From contig OX597827.1 in the NCBI GenBank assembly GCA_951406725.2, positions 7,750,001 to 7,814,000 of the forward strand: a stretch of DNA of 64,000 bases, read 5' to 3'. Every line of letters begins with the position of its first letter. Positions within the stretch are counted from its first letter, which is position 1. The position numbers and the translations under genes are program-made. The notes under the pieces are model-generated. The model saw nothing but the letters and a program-made list of their open reading frames with translations. It was not told where the DNA came from and did no database searches. Positions 26,080 through 39,215 of the stretch are shown here, piece after piece. The stretch is from Octopus vulgaris. Lineage: Eukaryota.

Positions 26080-27795
26080 TATATGCATAACACACATGTA
26101 CAGATATATATACATACACATATATACATGTGAATGTATATACTTGCGAGTATGTATAAAAGTGAAACTATGTGTAAGCTAAGAGTTTATGTGAACAGAA
26201 GTGATTTATACATGTATATGCATGCATTTTTAGCATGTGGAGGTATATAAGGAATAATGCTTGAATGGCTGGGATGGGGTATTTTGAGGTGAGGGTGGTG
26301 GGTTTTCTTTTAAAGAAATTTTAATACTTTCCTTGATGGTAATTATTTGATCCTAATTTTTGATTAGCATATATATACATAATTTTAATTAAGAAAAATT
26401 TAACTCAAAATTTGGAAATACATGAAATCTAGGTTAATAGTTGCAATTTGATAGCTTGTGCCCATATTGAAGAAACACAAATTTTCTAAAACTCTATAAA
26501 TAAACTACCAATACCATAAATGGAAAGTATTGATTTTTTTTTCTTGGTTTCAAAGATTACTTCAGTTTTAATTCTCACACCCTGAGTATTCTGAAGATTG
26601 TCAATGAATTTAACAACGTCTAATTGAATTAAGGGGAAAATCTTTCATGTTGAAAATTATCGTCTAATCAAGAATTAAGACTTGCATCAACGTGATTAAA
26701 TTTCTAATGCGGTGTTAGGAAGTGTGGAGATCTTAAAGATATAAACAGGCGTAAACAATGATCTTCTATTGATTTCTCATAGAAAGCAATGTATTAAGAA
26801 ATGATTCTCACCAAGCAATTAGCATGATTAGTAATATTCAATTAAATTAAGTGTAGATGAAATATTTTCCGAATGAAAATTATTCCTTACTAAACAATTA
26901 GAATGTTAAAAATTTTCAATTTGCTCTTCACAATCTCCCATCGTTTTCAGCTCTTCCCAACCCATTGCATTAGAGAAGAGAGAGGAAAAAAGGATGAAAA
27001 GAAGACAAAATAAATCCAAAGAAAAACATACAGAATAAAATAAAGTTATATTTTTTTAAAAATATCTAATAAAATTTAAGAAATTTTTTTAAAAAATGAA
27101 CAAAATAGAAATGGTTTCTTTGCAAAATATTTTTGTGTTGGCCTCCAGCTAATTTTCTATCAAAATGATAAAATAAGAAACAAACCAATAATTGAACAAA
27201 CTATAGTCAGTTTAAGGGATTTTGAATTTTTTTTAAAAATGGTTAAAAAAACACTAAAATACAAAATTTGGTAAAGGAAGTTGTTTTTTTCCCTGAAGAC
27301 ATTATAAAGAAAGCAAAACTAAATGATAGTAAAAAGATGAAACCTGTCAGAAAAATATTGAGAAAATTACATTCTTTAATTTCTCATCAGTTGCATGGGA
27401 AGAATATTTTAAAGACATGTGCTGGTTTTGAATAGGGCTTGTATTTTGCACTCATTGGTCAATAAAAGACACATGAACCTCCAGTGTTAAATGGTTCTAA
27501 AAGGAACATAAAATGTCAAATAAATAAATAAATAAATAAATACACAAATGAATAAAATATATTTAAAAAAAACTCCAACAAACACCCTTTTTACACTATT
27601 GGGAATATGGGAAAATAGAAAGAGACAACATATTGGATTTCTTTGCCAATAATTGATAGCACTAAATCCATCTCTGAACTGCCACTTTCAGCTGTGGCTA
27701 CTAAGTGACCAGTTGTATAGGAAAAAGAAAAAAAAGAAATGTTGGTAATGTTTATCATATTACAAAACATACATACATATTATGTGTGTGTATGT

Positions 27796-27835
<40 letters not shown>

Positions 27836-27865
27836 ATACCCACATTTGTACACACACACACACAC

Positions 27866-27909
<44 letters not shown>

Positions 27910-27913
<4 letters not shown>

Positions 27914-28018
27914 AGAGTTTACGAAAAAACAAAAGATGAAGACAGGTGGTGTACAAAACAAACAGATGTATTAGTGTAACGCTCAGGAATAGAAAATGTC
28001 TTTTACGTTTCGAGCCTA
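27910..28018 (-). mobile_element. Penelope-like terminal fragment in (TA)n
   Basis: Reverse complement of ~311-420; begins TAGGCTCGAAACGTAAAAG. Confidence 0.5.
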
Positions 28019-28621
28019 TATAAATATATATATATATATATACATACATATGAAAGAACAAAATGGATTTAGCATGTAAAAAAAAGCAAACACAAACATG
28101 AAACCTCATAAAGAGTATATGCCAAAATATAAAGTGGTTGTCTCAGACCACACACAATAACACAACATTGCAAGTGAACACTTGTAAAATCTTAGCTTTT
28201 GTTGTTAAGCACAGAATATTTATCATGTCACACAGAACATGCAATATCAAGCTGGACAACTGATATTATCAAATATACCCATTCCAAGCCAAGATATTAC
28301 ACAAACACAAAATCCTTCTGCCAGTAACTTTACATCTTGTTGTGCTTTCAACATGAGTAAGTCATCAGTTCTAAGAACTATTCACATTTTTGAAGTACTG
28401 AAGAAGACCACTCACTGCTATAGCGAAGTCTGATTGTCAGCTCTGACACCATTGTTGTCATTGACGTTGGCATCACCAATTCTAAGATGATATTCACCAG
28501 CACTATTAAGGCTACAAGCAACATTGCAGTTGTTGTTGTTGTTGGTGTTGTGTTGCTATTATTATTATTATTATCATTGTTGTTGTTATTACTGTTGTTA
28601 TTACTGATGATGTTGTTACTA

Positions 28622-28700
<79 letters not shown>

Positions 28701-28753
28701 TATTATTGTTATTATTATTACTATCATTATTATTATTGTTATTATTATTACTA

Positions 28754-28790
<37 letters not shown>

Positions 28791-28799
28791 CATCATTGA

Positions 28800-29205
28800 A
28801 AGCAAAGATCTGGCATTACCATGCTGGACGAAATGCTTAGCAGTATTTCGCCCATTGCTTTGTTCTGAGTTCAAATTCCACCGAGGTCGACTTGGCTTTT
28901 CATCCTTTTGAAGTCGATAAAATAATCACCAATTGAGTACTGGGGTTGGTGTAATCAACTAGCCCCTTCCCTCAAATTTCAGGCCTTGTGCCTATAGTAG
29001 AAAGGATTGTCATCATCATCATCATCATCAAGGCAGTAAGATGGTAGAATATTTAGTATGGCAGACACAATGCTCAATGGTATTTTGTCTGTCTTTACAT
29101 TCTGAGTTCAAATTCCACTGATGAAATTGGTACCAGCTTAGTACTGGGGTTAAAGTAATTGACTAGGCCCCAGTCCTAAAATATCAGGCCCTGTGCTTAT
29201 AGTAA
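28800..29205 (+). mobile_element. Two tandem SINE family B copies after a (TTA)n tract
   Basis: Both contain ttctgagttcaaattccac and gtactggggt..aggcc..gtgc.tatagta. Confidence 0.75.
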
Positions 29206-29431
29206 AAATAATAACAACAACAACAACAACAACAATAATAATAATAATAATAATTATTATTATTATTATTTTTATTGTCATGGTTGTTGTTATATATATG
29301 CATATATATATCATACATACATATATACATATACACATATATATATATATATATATATACATATAGATATATATATACTTATACATATACATATACATAT
29401 ATATATATATATACATATATATACATATATT

Positions 29432-29490
<59 letters not shown>

Positions 29491-29984
29491 GAATATAACT
29501 ATATACATATACATAAAATATATATATATATACATATATATATTAATAATAAAAAATAAATATAATATATTATAAATGAAGTATAATATATATTTTAAAT
29601 ATTAAATATATAAAATATATATATATAATAAATAATATTTAATGTTATATATTTACATAATATACAATATATATTATATATAAAATATATATATATATTA
29701 ATATATATAATATATATATATATAGTATATATTATATATATATTATAATTATATATCATATTATATATAATATATAATATATATATATATATATTGTTAA
29801 AGATATACTTCATATATATATAATTATTAATATATTATAATATATTTTTTTTTTTTTTTTTTATATATGTATAGATATATTTTAAGTATACAGAAATTAT
29901 AGCCAACACTGTTTTTTTTGATACAGCATTTCGTATTGAGAAGTCAGATGTAAAAAAGCAATGTGATCAGAGATGAAAATGAGC

Positions 29985-30037
29985 AATGAATGTATATGCC
30001 ATATTTCAGGGTTTTTTATCCCTTCATCTGCACCAAT
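29985..30037 (-). ncRNA. Minimal type I hammerhead ribozyme motif (degenerate: CTGATGA to CAGATGA)
   Basis: Minus strand ATTGGTG-CAGATGA-AGGG ataaaaaa CCCT-GAAA-TATG g CATA-TA-CATTCATT. Confidence 0.6.
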
Positions 30038-30553
30038 CTAATCTGCTCTTGCCTCTGAACACATTGCTTACATAGCCACTGCATACAGTGGTGTTAAGTT
30101 ATCGGATATACCAATTTACATATTAAACGTATTCCTAGATGTAAATATTAGTGACTTGTAGGCATGTGGTATTTCGTTGTGCAACCATAATATATTATAA
30201 AGTATATTAGATGTTTTTATAAATGACTACCTAGTTCTACTGTGTTAGCAGTGCTCTTTACATTATTTTGTTTAGGTTATTTCTACAGAAACTATAGCTA
30301 GCCCTGATTTTTTGCTACAACATTTCATATCAAGACACAGATGTGATTTGCATGGTGTTGACCCATAAAAATATTTACTATACTTTATAGTATATTATGC
30401 CTGCATAACAAAATACCACATGTCTACAAGTCATTAATATTTACATAACAGCCCCAGGAATGTGTTTAATATGTAAATTGGTATATCCAATAACTTAGCA
30501 CCACTGTATGCAGTGGCTATATAAGCAATGTGTTCAGAGGCAAGAGCAGATTA

Positions 30554-30606
30554 AATGGGTGCTGATGAAGGGGCAAAACCCCCAAAATATGACATATACA
30601 CTCATT
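30554..30606 (+). ncRNA. Minimal type I hammerhead ribozyme motif (degenerate: GAAA to AAAA)
   Basis: AATGGGTG-CTGATGA-AGGGG caaaa CCCCC-AAAA-TATG a CATA-TA-CACTCATT: 8-bp stem I, stem II, and a palindromic stem III. Confidence 0.65.
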
Positions 30607-30854
30607 ATCCATTTTTGTCTCTGATTTCATTGTTTCTTTACATCTGATGTCTCAATACAAAATGTTGTATTGCTAATGCAATAGAACATGGTGTTCATTC
30701 CTAAAAGCATTTAATATTCTTTATTGTATATTATGGCTGCATAACGAAATATTACATGCCTACAATATATATACATATGTATGTATATACACATAAACAT
30801 ATATGCACATGCACACACACATATATGTGCAAGCATATATATATATATATATGA

Positions 30855-31040
30855 AGTTAATCCAAACAAGAAAGCACAAAAAAACACAACAACGCGAGGA
30901 CGTGGAACAAATATAGTATTATTGGACGCTCAGGAAAGAAAGAGGGTTTAACATTTCGAGCAGAGCTCTTCGACGGAAACATAGGAGAAGGAAAGATCCA
31001 GAGAAGGGAAGACAGAGGAAAAAAAAATCGCCAACGGTAC
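30855..31040 (-). mobile_element. Penelope-like terminal fragment in (TA)n, related to 227-420
   Basis: Same layout; GTTT-CCGTCGAA-GAGC tct GCTC-GAAA-TGTT-AAAC at 30946-30980. Confidence 0.45.
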
Positions 31041-31182
31041 ACATATATATATATATATGCAGACATAACCATGTATGGATTTATTCATGTGGATATGTGA
31101 AAAAGATGTAATTTGGGGGGAAAAAGCCCCCCAAAAATGGTGTTCTTAAAATGAAATTCTTTGCAATATTTGCTCTCCACTA

Positions 31183-31398
31183 AGGTGATAAGCTGGAAGA
31201 AATGTTAGCATGCCGGGCGAAATGCTTAGCAGTATTTTATTTGTCTTTATGTTCTGAGTTCAAATTCTGCCAAGATCGACTTTGCCTTTCATCATTTTGG
31301 GGATCAATAAATTAAGTAGCAGTTGCATACTGAGGGTTGATCTACTTGACTGGTCTCTGCCCCCAAAATTTAGGGCTTTGTGTCTAGAGCAGTAAAGA
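31183..31398 (+). mobile_element. SINE family B copy
   Basis: gttagcatgccgggcgaaatgcttagc...gagttcaaattc...gcctttcatc. Confidence 0.8.
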
Positions 31399-32519
31399 AT
31401 ATTTGTTCTCGACTGAATTACTGAAACTCCTATACTGTTTGCTCATCAAGAACTGAAGCTGCAAATTAGTGATTTGTCTATTGGAAATCTGTAACAACAA
31501 TTACAATATAGAATTAATATAAAATAATAATGAACTTATTGTACACATTGCTCAGGTGCACTACAAGCTCAGAGCATCAACATCATTTTATTTAGCTGCT
31601 CTATATACAACTATCCCTGAGATTTTCATTATAAAATTTCGAAACATATTTTATAAAATTTTATGCATAGACAGATAACACCTATTTAATTTTATCTCTG
31701 CTTTCATCCTTTAGCATTTAAACTGGCCATATCTAGCTCAAATATTCTACCTGCTTAATGTTAAAACTGGCCCAATCCATCCCCTCAGAGTTGCAAGATA
31801 ATGCACGATTAATTCAAAACAATGTCAATAAATAAGCATTACCTTTGATAGCATAATCTGAAAGCTAAAGAGTTAGGTGACCTTTTGTCTAAATGGGATA
31901 ATTGACAATTATCTTAATCACAATCTACATTTTTCAGGTCAGAGACTTCCTTCATTCTACTTTTGGTCAAGTTCAAATGACTTGTTTTTGTTGTTTGCTT
32001 GAACAAGCCTATGATCAAAGCATGCCACCAGGAACACCTCATCTTTTTTGAGTAATGCTACCAAAGACTATATTACCCAATGTACTTTGTTCTTACAAAA
32101 GACAATAGGGCATAATTTTAGAGAGGTTCGGCCACTTTTTCTAGAAAGCCAGCGACCATGTTGGCTTGTATAAAAAAAAACCAGTCATTTTTATAAACAG
32201 CAAATTGTTTTCCTTCCCTACATATTATCACCATCATGATGATGATCATCATCATCTTTTAACATCTACTTTTCTGGCCTTTTATGAGTTGGACAAGATT
32301 ATGCTGAGACAGAGTTGTCTACAACCAGATATTTCTATTTCGATGTAATAATCACCCAATCTATCAAAGAACAAGCAATCTAAACATATTTAAATGGAGA
32401 ACTGGGAACAGATGACCCCATAGAAATGAGTCTTTTGTTTGCAAGGATTGTGAAACATATCAGACATATTAAGAAACCCAGATGTGCTTTTGTAGTGGAC
32501 TTCTAGCAAATAAAACCAT

Positions 32520-32922
32520 TTTTTTTTTTTTTACTTGTTTCAGTCATTTTGACTGCGGCCATGCTGGAGCACCGCCTTTAATCGAGCAACTCGACCCTGG
32601 GACTTATTCTTTTGTAAGCCCAGTACTTATTCTATTGGTCTCTTTTGCCAAACCGCTAAGTTATGGGGACATAAACACACCAACATCGGTTGTCAAGCAA
32701 TGCTAGGGGGACAAACACAGACACACAAACATACACGCACATACATATATATACATATATACGACAGGCTTCTTTCAGTTTCCGTCTACCAAATCCACTC
32801 ACAAGGCTTTGGTTGGCCCGAGGCTATAGTAGAAGACACTTGCCCAAGGTGCCACGCAGTGGGACTGAACCCGGAACCATGTGGTTGGTAAACAAGCTAC
32901 TTACCACACAGCCACTCCTGCG
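32520..32922 (-). mobile_element. SINE family A, full length
   Basis: Tail to head (..ccacacagccactcctgcgc). Confidence 0.9.
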
Positions 32923-33074
32923 CTATTCTATAATTGTTTATAATCACCTTCCTTTTACCATAACATGATATTTATAGTTTATAATACTCAACACATAAGC
33001 ACATTTTTAGGTTTAGTATTCTGTAAAAATAGTCGTAAATTAAAGAAGAGTACTTAACAGTAGCAATCCCATTG

Positions 33075-33365
33075 CATAGCACCTTGGACAAGTTTCTTTT
33101 ACTATAGCCCCTGGGCCAGCCAAAGCTTTGAGAGTGGATTTAGCAAACAGACACTAAAATAAGCCCATTGTATGTGTGTGTTTGTTGTTCCCCACCACCA
33201 CTTGACAACTTGGCTTCTATACATCCTTGTAACTTAGCAGTTCAGCAAAAGAGAACAATAGAATAAGTACCAGGTTAAGAAGAGCTAAGTACAGTAGTCA
33301 ATTCGTTTCATTAAATCCTTTCTAGTGCCCCAGTGTGGATGCAATTCAAATAAAAGATAAAAGAT
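33075..33365 (+). mobile_element. SINE family A, diverged copy
   Basis: gcaccttggacaag..tactatagcc..gtggattt..aatagaataagtacc. Confidence 0.7.
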
Positions 33366-33533
33366 AACTAGTGGGACAACACAATATTTTCTGGTGTAAT
33401 GAAGAAGTTCATTGACCCCTAATGGAAAGGAGCTCCTTTATCAATCTGCTTGGATTCTTATGCTTTTAAATTAGTGTTGCAATTTTACTTTGTCTGTCTC
33501 TATTCCGTTCAATGTTTTTTTAAGCATTGGCTA

Positions 33534-33730
33534 TACTCTTTACTCTTTTACTTGTTTCAGTCATTTGACTGCGTGCTGGAGCACCGCCTTTAGTTGAGCA
33601 AATCGACCCCGGGACTTATTCTTTGTAAGCCCAGTACTTATTCTATCAGTCTCTTTTGCCGAACCGCTAAGTGACGGGGACGTAAACACACCAGCATCGG
33701 TTGTCAAGCAATGCTAGGAGGACAAACACA

Positions 33731-33780
<50 letters not shown>

Positions 33781-33957
33781 CATACATATACATATATACG
33801 ACAGGCTTCATTCAGTTTCCGTCTACCAAATCCACTCACAAGGCATTGGTCGGCCCGGGGCTATAGCAGAAGACACTTGCCCAAGGTGCCACCCACGCAG
33901 TGGGACTGAGCCCGGAACCATGTCGTTGGTTAGCAAGCTACTTACCATACAGCCCCA
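33534..33957 (-). mobile_element. SINE family A, near full length
   Basis: (tactcttt)n tail and a high-identity body. Confidence 0.9.
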
Positions 33958-34161
33958 TCTAGTTTTCTTTCCAGTACTGAAGTTAGAGTCGATGCAGTGC
34001 TGCCGTATAATAGTTTTCCAGCTACATACATAAAACCCCTAACTCTTTATATTCATGGTAAATATCATGGTAAAGGAATGGCCAGTTTAAATGCTAAAGG
34101 ATGAAAGCAGAGATAAAATTAAATAGGTGTTATCTGTCTACGTATAAAATTTTATAAAATA

Positions 34162-34674
34162 CTAGCAGTATCGCCCGGCGTTGCTCGGGTTTGTAAGGGA
34201 AATAACTATATAAGCATTTTTAGAGAGTTACTTCCCTTATAGATGCCAATTCGGGCTTTCTTAGCCATTTCTGTTTTGGTGTTTTCAAGCCATGAAGTCG
34301 TTGTTCTAAAAGAACGCTGGTCTCCTTCACAACGCTTTACGACGTTGATTTCCTTACACTCCCTTCCCCACAGCTTCATGAGGGAGGGAAGAAGGGGGAG
34401 AAGCAAACAGGTGCAGGTGTGACCATGGACGTCAACTCCACCGCCATCGACACACGAAAAATTATGCATTAAAATGGAATAAAAAATGATGTTAAATTAT
34501 TTTTAAAATCGTAGACTCATCGTAGATGCGCGCTAATACTCAGACGGGCTCGATATGAATCACGACTATAAGATACCCGAATTTGGTTAAACTGCACCGC
34601 AAAATGTGGGAGTAGTTAGGAATCTAAATCGAACGGGACAGACACTCACACAACTACAGTTTTATATATATAGA
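34162..34674 (-). mobile_element. Non-autonomous Helitron (513 bp)
   Basis: Minus strand starts TCTATATATATAAAAC and ends CCCGAGCAACGCCGGG-CGATACTG-CTAG (subterminal hairpin plus CTAG). Inserted between A and T with no TSD; the empty site is visible in the paralogue at 31602-31730. Confidence 0.92.
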
Positions 34675-35872
34675 TGTTTCAAAATTTTATAATGAAAATC
34701 TCAGGGTTAGTTGTATATATCAGACATTATTTTTCTTGTTATGCAATCTGGTCTTCTTGGTTTCTTTACCTTCCAATTCTTGAGAATTTTGTAATTGTAC
34801 AGTATTTTTCTAACAGCAAGGGTACTAAGATCCGTTACCTTATTTTTATTTTCTTTTGCATTGGCATTCATTTTGCATTTAGCTCTGTTTTAAGTATTAA
34901 TCTAATGCATCTACAATATTCCTTCCTAATCTTTGCTTTCATTCCTCTGTATTGCACATTGTCTACTTCACTGATTCCTAAGTATTTGTATGACTTTGGA
35001 CTAATTCTCTTATCTTAGTGTTTTCTTTTTTTTGTTTTATCTAGCATGTTATTAGTGTTTTTGATTAAATTTTATCCTCTTCAAGGTTACCTTCACACAT
35101 CATCATCATCATTATTGTCTTCATCGTTGTCATCATCTTCACTACTGCTATCACTGTCAGCATCATCATTCTTATTGTCATTGTCCACATCATCACCATT
35201 GTCATCGTCATCGTCAGTGTTATCATCATTGGTATTGTCATTGTTGTCGTCAACATTATCATCCTCATCAACATTGTCATCATCATAATCATCATCTACG
35301 ATAATAATACTCCATCACAACATACAAATGAGAAAGGAAGGGGTGACAGATGAATAAGGAAGGAAGGGGTGATAGATGAATAAGGAAGGAAGCGGTGATG
35401 GCAAACTGGTAGTAGGAGCATTTCAACTCTGTGTTAGTATATGTACGTGTATGTAAAAATGGAGTTATGTGAATGTTTGTGTGTGTGTGTGTGTGTGCGT
35501 GCAATGGAAGTGGAAGGGTGAACATCCAATGCTGAAAAGAAAAATCAAACAGCGTTTCAACTCTGTGAGTATATTTGTCTATGTGTGTGCATGTACAAGG
35601 GAAGTATCTGAATGTTTGCATGTGTAATTATCCTGTACTGTATTTTGTACCTTATTTATATATAAAATACTACAATTAGCCATCACTTTTGATGGCATGG
35701 AACCAACTAGTCATTTAATATTGAGCATTGCTAACTTATGGAGTTTTGTCAATCAACTATTGCGAAAGGCAAGATGAATCCAGCAATCAATCAACAGAGG
35801 AGCATTTCACCATTTCCCTTTGACAAGGAAGGACAAGTATTTCTCCTCTGTTGGCTCTCTCTTTTACTCTTT

Positions 35873-36422
35873 TCTCTCTTTTACTTGTTTCAGTCATTTG
35901 ACTGCGACCATGCTGGAGCACCGCGTTTAGTCGAGCAACTCGACCCCGGGACTTATTCTTTTGTAAGCCCAGTACTTATTCTATCGGTCTCTTTTGCCGA
36001 ACCACTAAGTAACGGGGACATAAACACACCAGCATCAGTTGTCAAGCAATGCTAGGGGGACAAATACAGACACACAAACACACACACGCATACATATATA
36101 TACATATATACGACGGGCTTCTTTCAGTTTCCGTCTACCAAATCCACTCACAAGGCTTCTGAAAGAAGCCCGTCGTATATATGTATATATATATATATGC
36201 ATGTGCATGTTTGTGTGTCTGTGTTTGTCCCCTAGCATTGCTTGACAACAGATGCTGGTGTGTTTATGTCCCCGTCACTTAGCGGTTCGGCAAAAGAGAG
36301 ACCGATAGAATAAGTACTGGGCTTACAAAAGAATAAGTCCCGGGGTCGAGTTGCTCGATTAAAGGCGGTGCTCCAGCATGGCCGCAGTCAAATGACTGAA
36401 ACAAGTAAAAGAGTAAAAGAGT
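35873..36422. mobile_element. Fold-back pair of headless SINE family A copies (35873-36157 minus, 36159-36422 plus)
   Basis: ...cgacgggcttctttcag [~31 nt] ctgaaagaagcccgtcg...; the arms extend out to both tails. Confidence 0.92.
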
Positions 36423-37054
36423 AATGTTATCAAGATTTTAAAACTTATGCATTAAAAGATATATCGATAGACAGTGAAATTAAAATGAAATAACCTTATA
36501 AAGCAAATAGCTTCTGTATGTTATATTTTTATCTTTTATGCCTTCCAGACCAAAGGCTGTGGCCATGCTGGGGCACCACCATTATTCAGTTATTCATTTT
36601 GTTGTTTTTTGCTGTTAGGTTTAAATGCTTATCAGTATTATAAGAACAGACATACATATATTGGTAGGAGAGAAAGTAGATATTCAAATATGCTGACTTA
36701 ACACCATTGTATTTCCACAGGACTTACTAGTTATTATTATTTTTATCATTTTCAATTGCATCTTCTTCCAGTTCTGGTACCATTTCTTGCTGAGTGTCTT
36801 CCTGACACCTAGGGTAGGGAAACATACTGTATACATTGGTAGGCCATTAAAACGAGCACACCAGATTGTTCATTTACTGAGTCATGTGACAGAGAAAAGG
36901 GGGAAGACAGAGAGAAAAACTAAAAAATAAAAAATAGAAAAGTAAATAAATAAAATAAAGGGGGAAAAAAGAAAATTTCCAGTGACTATGCTCTTCTCAA
37001 TATGTGTGACGTACCAGTTAAGACAATCTTTTGCATTTTTAGCATGGATGGTAA

Positions 37055-37378
37055 GCTTGCTCATGAAATTAACATGCAAATGGCTGAGCACTCCACAGGC
37101 ACATGTACCCTTAACATAGTTCTCAGGGAGATTCAGCATAACACACAGTGTGACAAGGCTGGCCCTTTGAAATACAGGTACAACAGAAACATGAAGAAAT
37201 AAGTGAGAGAAAGTTGTGGTGAAAGAGTACAACAGGGTTTGCCACCATCCCCTGCCAGAGCCTCGTGGAGCTTTAGATGTTTTTTGCTCAATAAACATTA
37301 AACAATGCCCAGTCTGGGAATCAAAACCACGATCCTATGACCGTGAGTTCGCTACCCAAACCACTGGGCCATTGCACC
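37055..37378 (-). mobile_element. SINE family C copy
   Basis: Reverse-complement match to 47107-47490. Confidence 0.8.
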
Positions 37379-37409
37379 CATTATATATTATATTATATAT
37401 TATATATTA

Positions 37410-37790
37410 TACTCTCTTTACTTGTTTCAGTCATTTGACTGCGGCCATGCTGGAGCACCGCGTTTAGTCGAGGACTTATTCTTTGTAAGCCCAGTACTTA
37501 TTCTATCGGTCTCTTTTGCTGAACCGCTAAGTGACGGGGACATAAACACACTAGCATTGGTTGTCAAGCAATGCTAGGGGGACAAACACAGACACACAAA
37601 CACACACACAAACTTATAAATATATATATACATATATACGACAGGCTTCCTTCAGTTTCCGTCTACCAAATCCACTCACAAGGCATTGGTCAGCCTGGGG
37701 CTATAGCAGAAGACACTTGCCCAAGATGCCACTGAACCCGGAACCATGTGGTTGGTTAGCAAGCTACTTACCACACAGCCACTCCTGTGC
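37410..37790 (-). mobile_element. SINE family A with small internal deletions
   Basis: High-identity match to other family A copies. Confidence 0.88.
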
Positions 37791-37837
37791 CTATTATATA
37801 TATTATAATATTATATTATATATATAATAATAATAAC

Positions 37838-37883
<46 letters not shown>

Positions 37884-38809
37884 ATGAGTGTGTATTTTAG
37901 TCTAGTAGTTATGGAGTCATTTCACTATTTATTGGTAATATGACACTTTTATTTATATTGCAACAAACACTTGAGTGATCTATCTGAAATTTAACATTAC
38001 TCTCTCTCCTTTTTCCTTTCCATCTATTATTTTTGTGTGTTTATGTTTTTCACAAATGAACGAACAGGTAAAAAGGTGAAGAATAAATGAAACAAATATA
38101 CAGCAGTAAAAATAAAATATATAAAATATATATAAAAAAAAATACAAGACAGGATATTTTTGCAAGCAATCGTTAGAATGTTTATGTCATTTGAGAGAAG
38201 TGCGTGGAAAAAGATGAGAATGAATTGATGCTATAAAAGAACAGGAATATTAAAATGTAAACCGATCCTACAAAAGCAAGACAACCATTGCATCACGTGA
38301 TCTTGCCCCTGGTTACCAAAATGTGAGAGGACAGCATAAAAGCAGGATTTTTAATGGAAAATGTGTGAAGAGAAAATATAAAAAAAAACAGGCAACAAAT
38401 GTAAATAAATATAGGAATGTTTCTCTTCCTATCATTCATATTCATGATGTGGAATAATATTCTCCTCTTTCTTTTTTTCACATTGCAGTTCTAATTTTTA
38501 TCTTCTTTGTTTTTTTTTTTTATTTTTATCGTTTTGTAACTTTTAAACTAAAATACATACTAACCTATCATTAGTCATAACAACGACATCAACAATGATG
38601 ATGAAGATGGCAACCGCAACTGTAATAACAATAACAATTTTTATAATTGCCACAAGGGCATTGAGAAAATTAACTAATAGAAAAAATGTACAATTCAGAT
38701 ACGTGTGGATAAATAAGAAGCGACTAGCTCGTTAGACATGCTATGAAATCGACAGGCAGGAAAACAGGAAAACAGACAGAAAAACAGATAGACAGACATA
38801 GATGAATAG

Positions 38810-38823
38810 CTAGATAGACAGGC

Positions 38824-38913
<90 letters not shown>

Positions 38914-38934
38914 TAGGTAGGTAGATAGGTAGAC

Positions 38935-38977
<43 letters not shown>

Positions 38978-38978
38978 G

Positions 38979-39021
<43 letters not shown>

Positions 39022-39024
39022 GGC

Positions 39025-39105
<81 letters not shown>

Positions 39106-39215
39106 GATAGATAGGTAGATAGATAGACAGATAGATAGATAGACAGGTAGATAGGCAGGCAGACAGATAGAAAGATAGATAGACAGAGAAAGGGGGATAG
39201 ACAGATAGATAGATA
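38810..39215. repeat. (GATA)n tetranucleotide microsatellite
   Basis: Directly visible. Confidence 0.96.

Larger units (their letters stand above)
29921..30765. mobile_element. Penelope-like pseudo-LTR structure: inverted arms 29921-30205 and 30380-30670, plus a partial direct repeat at 30728-30765
   Basis: Arms are alignable throughout (e.g. ctgctcttgcctctgaacacattgctta / taagcaatgtgttcagaggcaagagcag), and each carries a hammerhead motif. The inverted-plus-partial-tandem layout is characteristic of PLE termini. Confidence 0.7.
31602..34719. repeat. Inverted duplication: 31602-31730 vs 34078-34161 + 34675-34719
   Basis: 129 bp, near identical in reverse complement once the Helitron is removed from the right copy. 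Confidence 0.9.

Noticed and set aside
29300-29880. Almost pure A/T low-complexity tract
   Set aside because: Degenerate (TA)n, possibly low-quality consensus; no interpretable structure.
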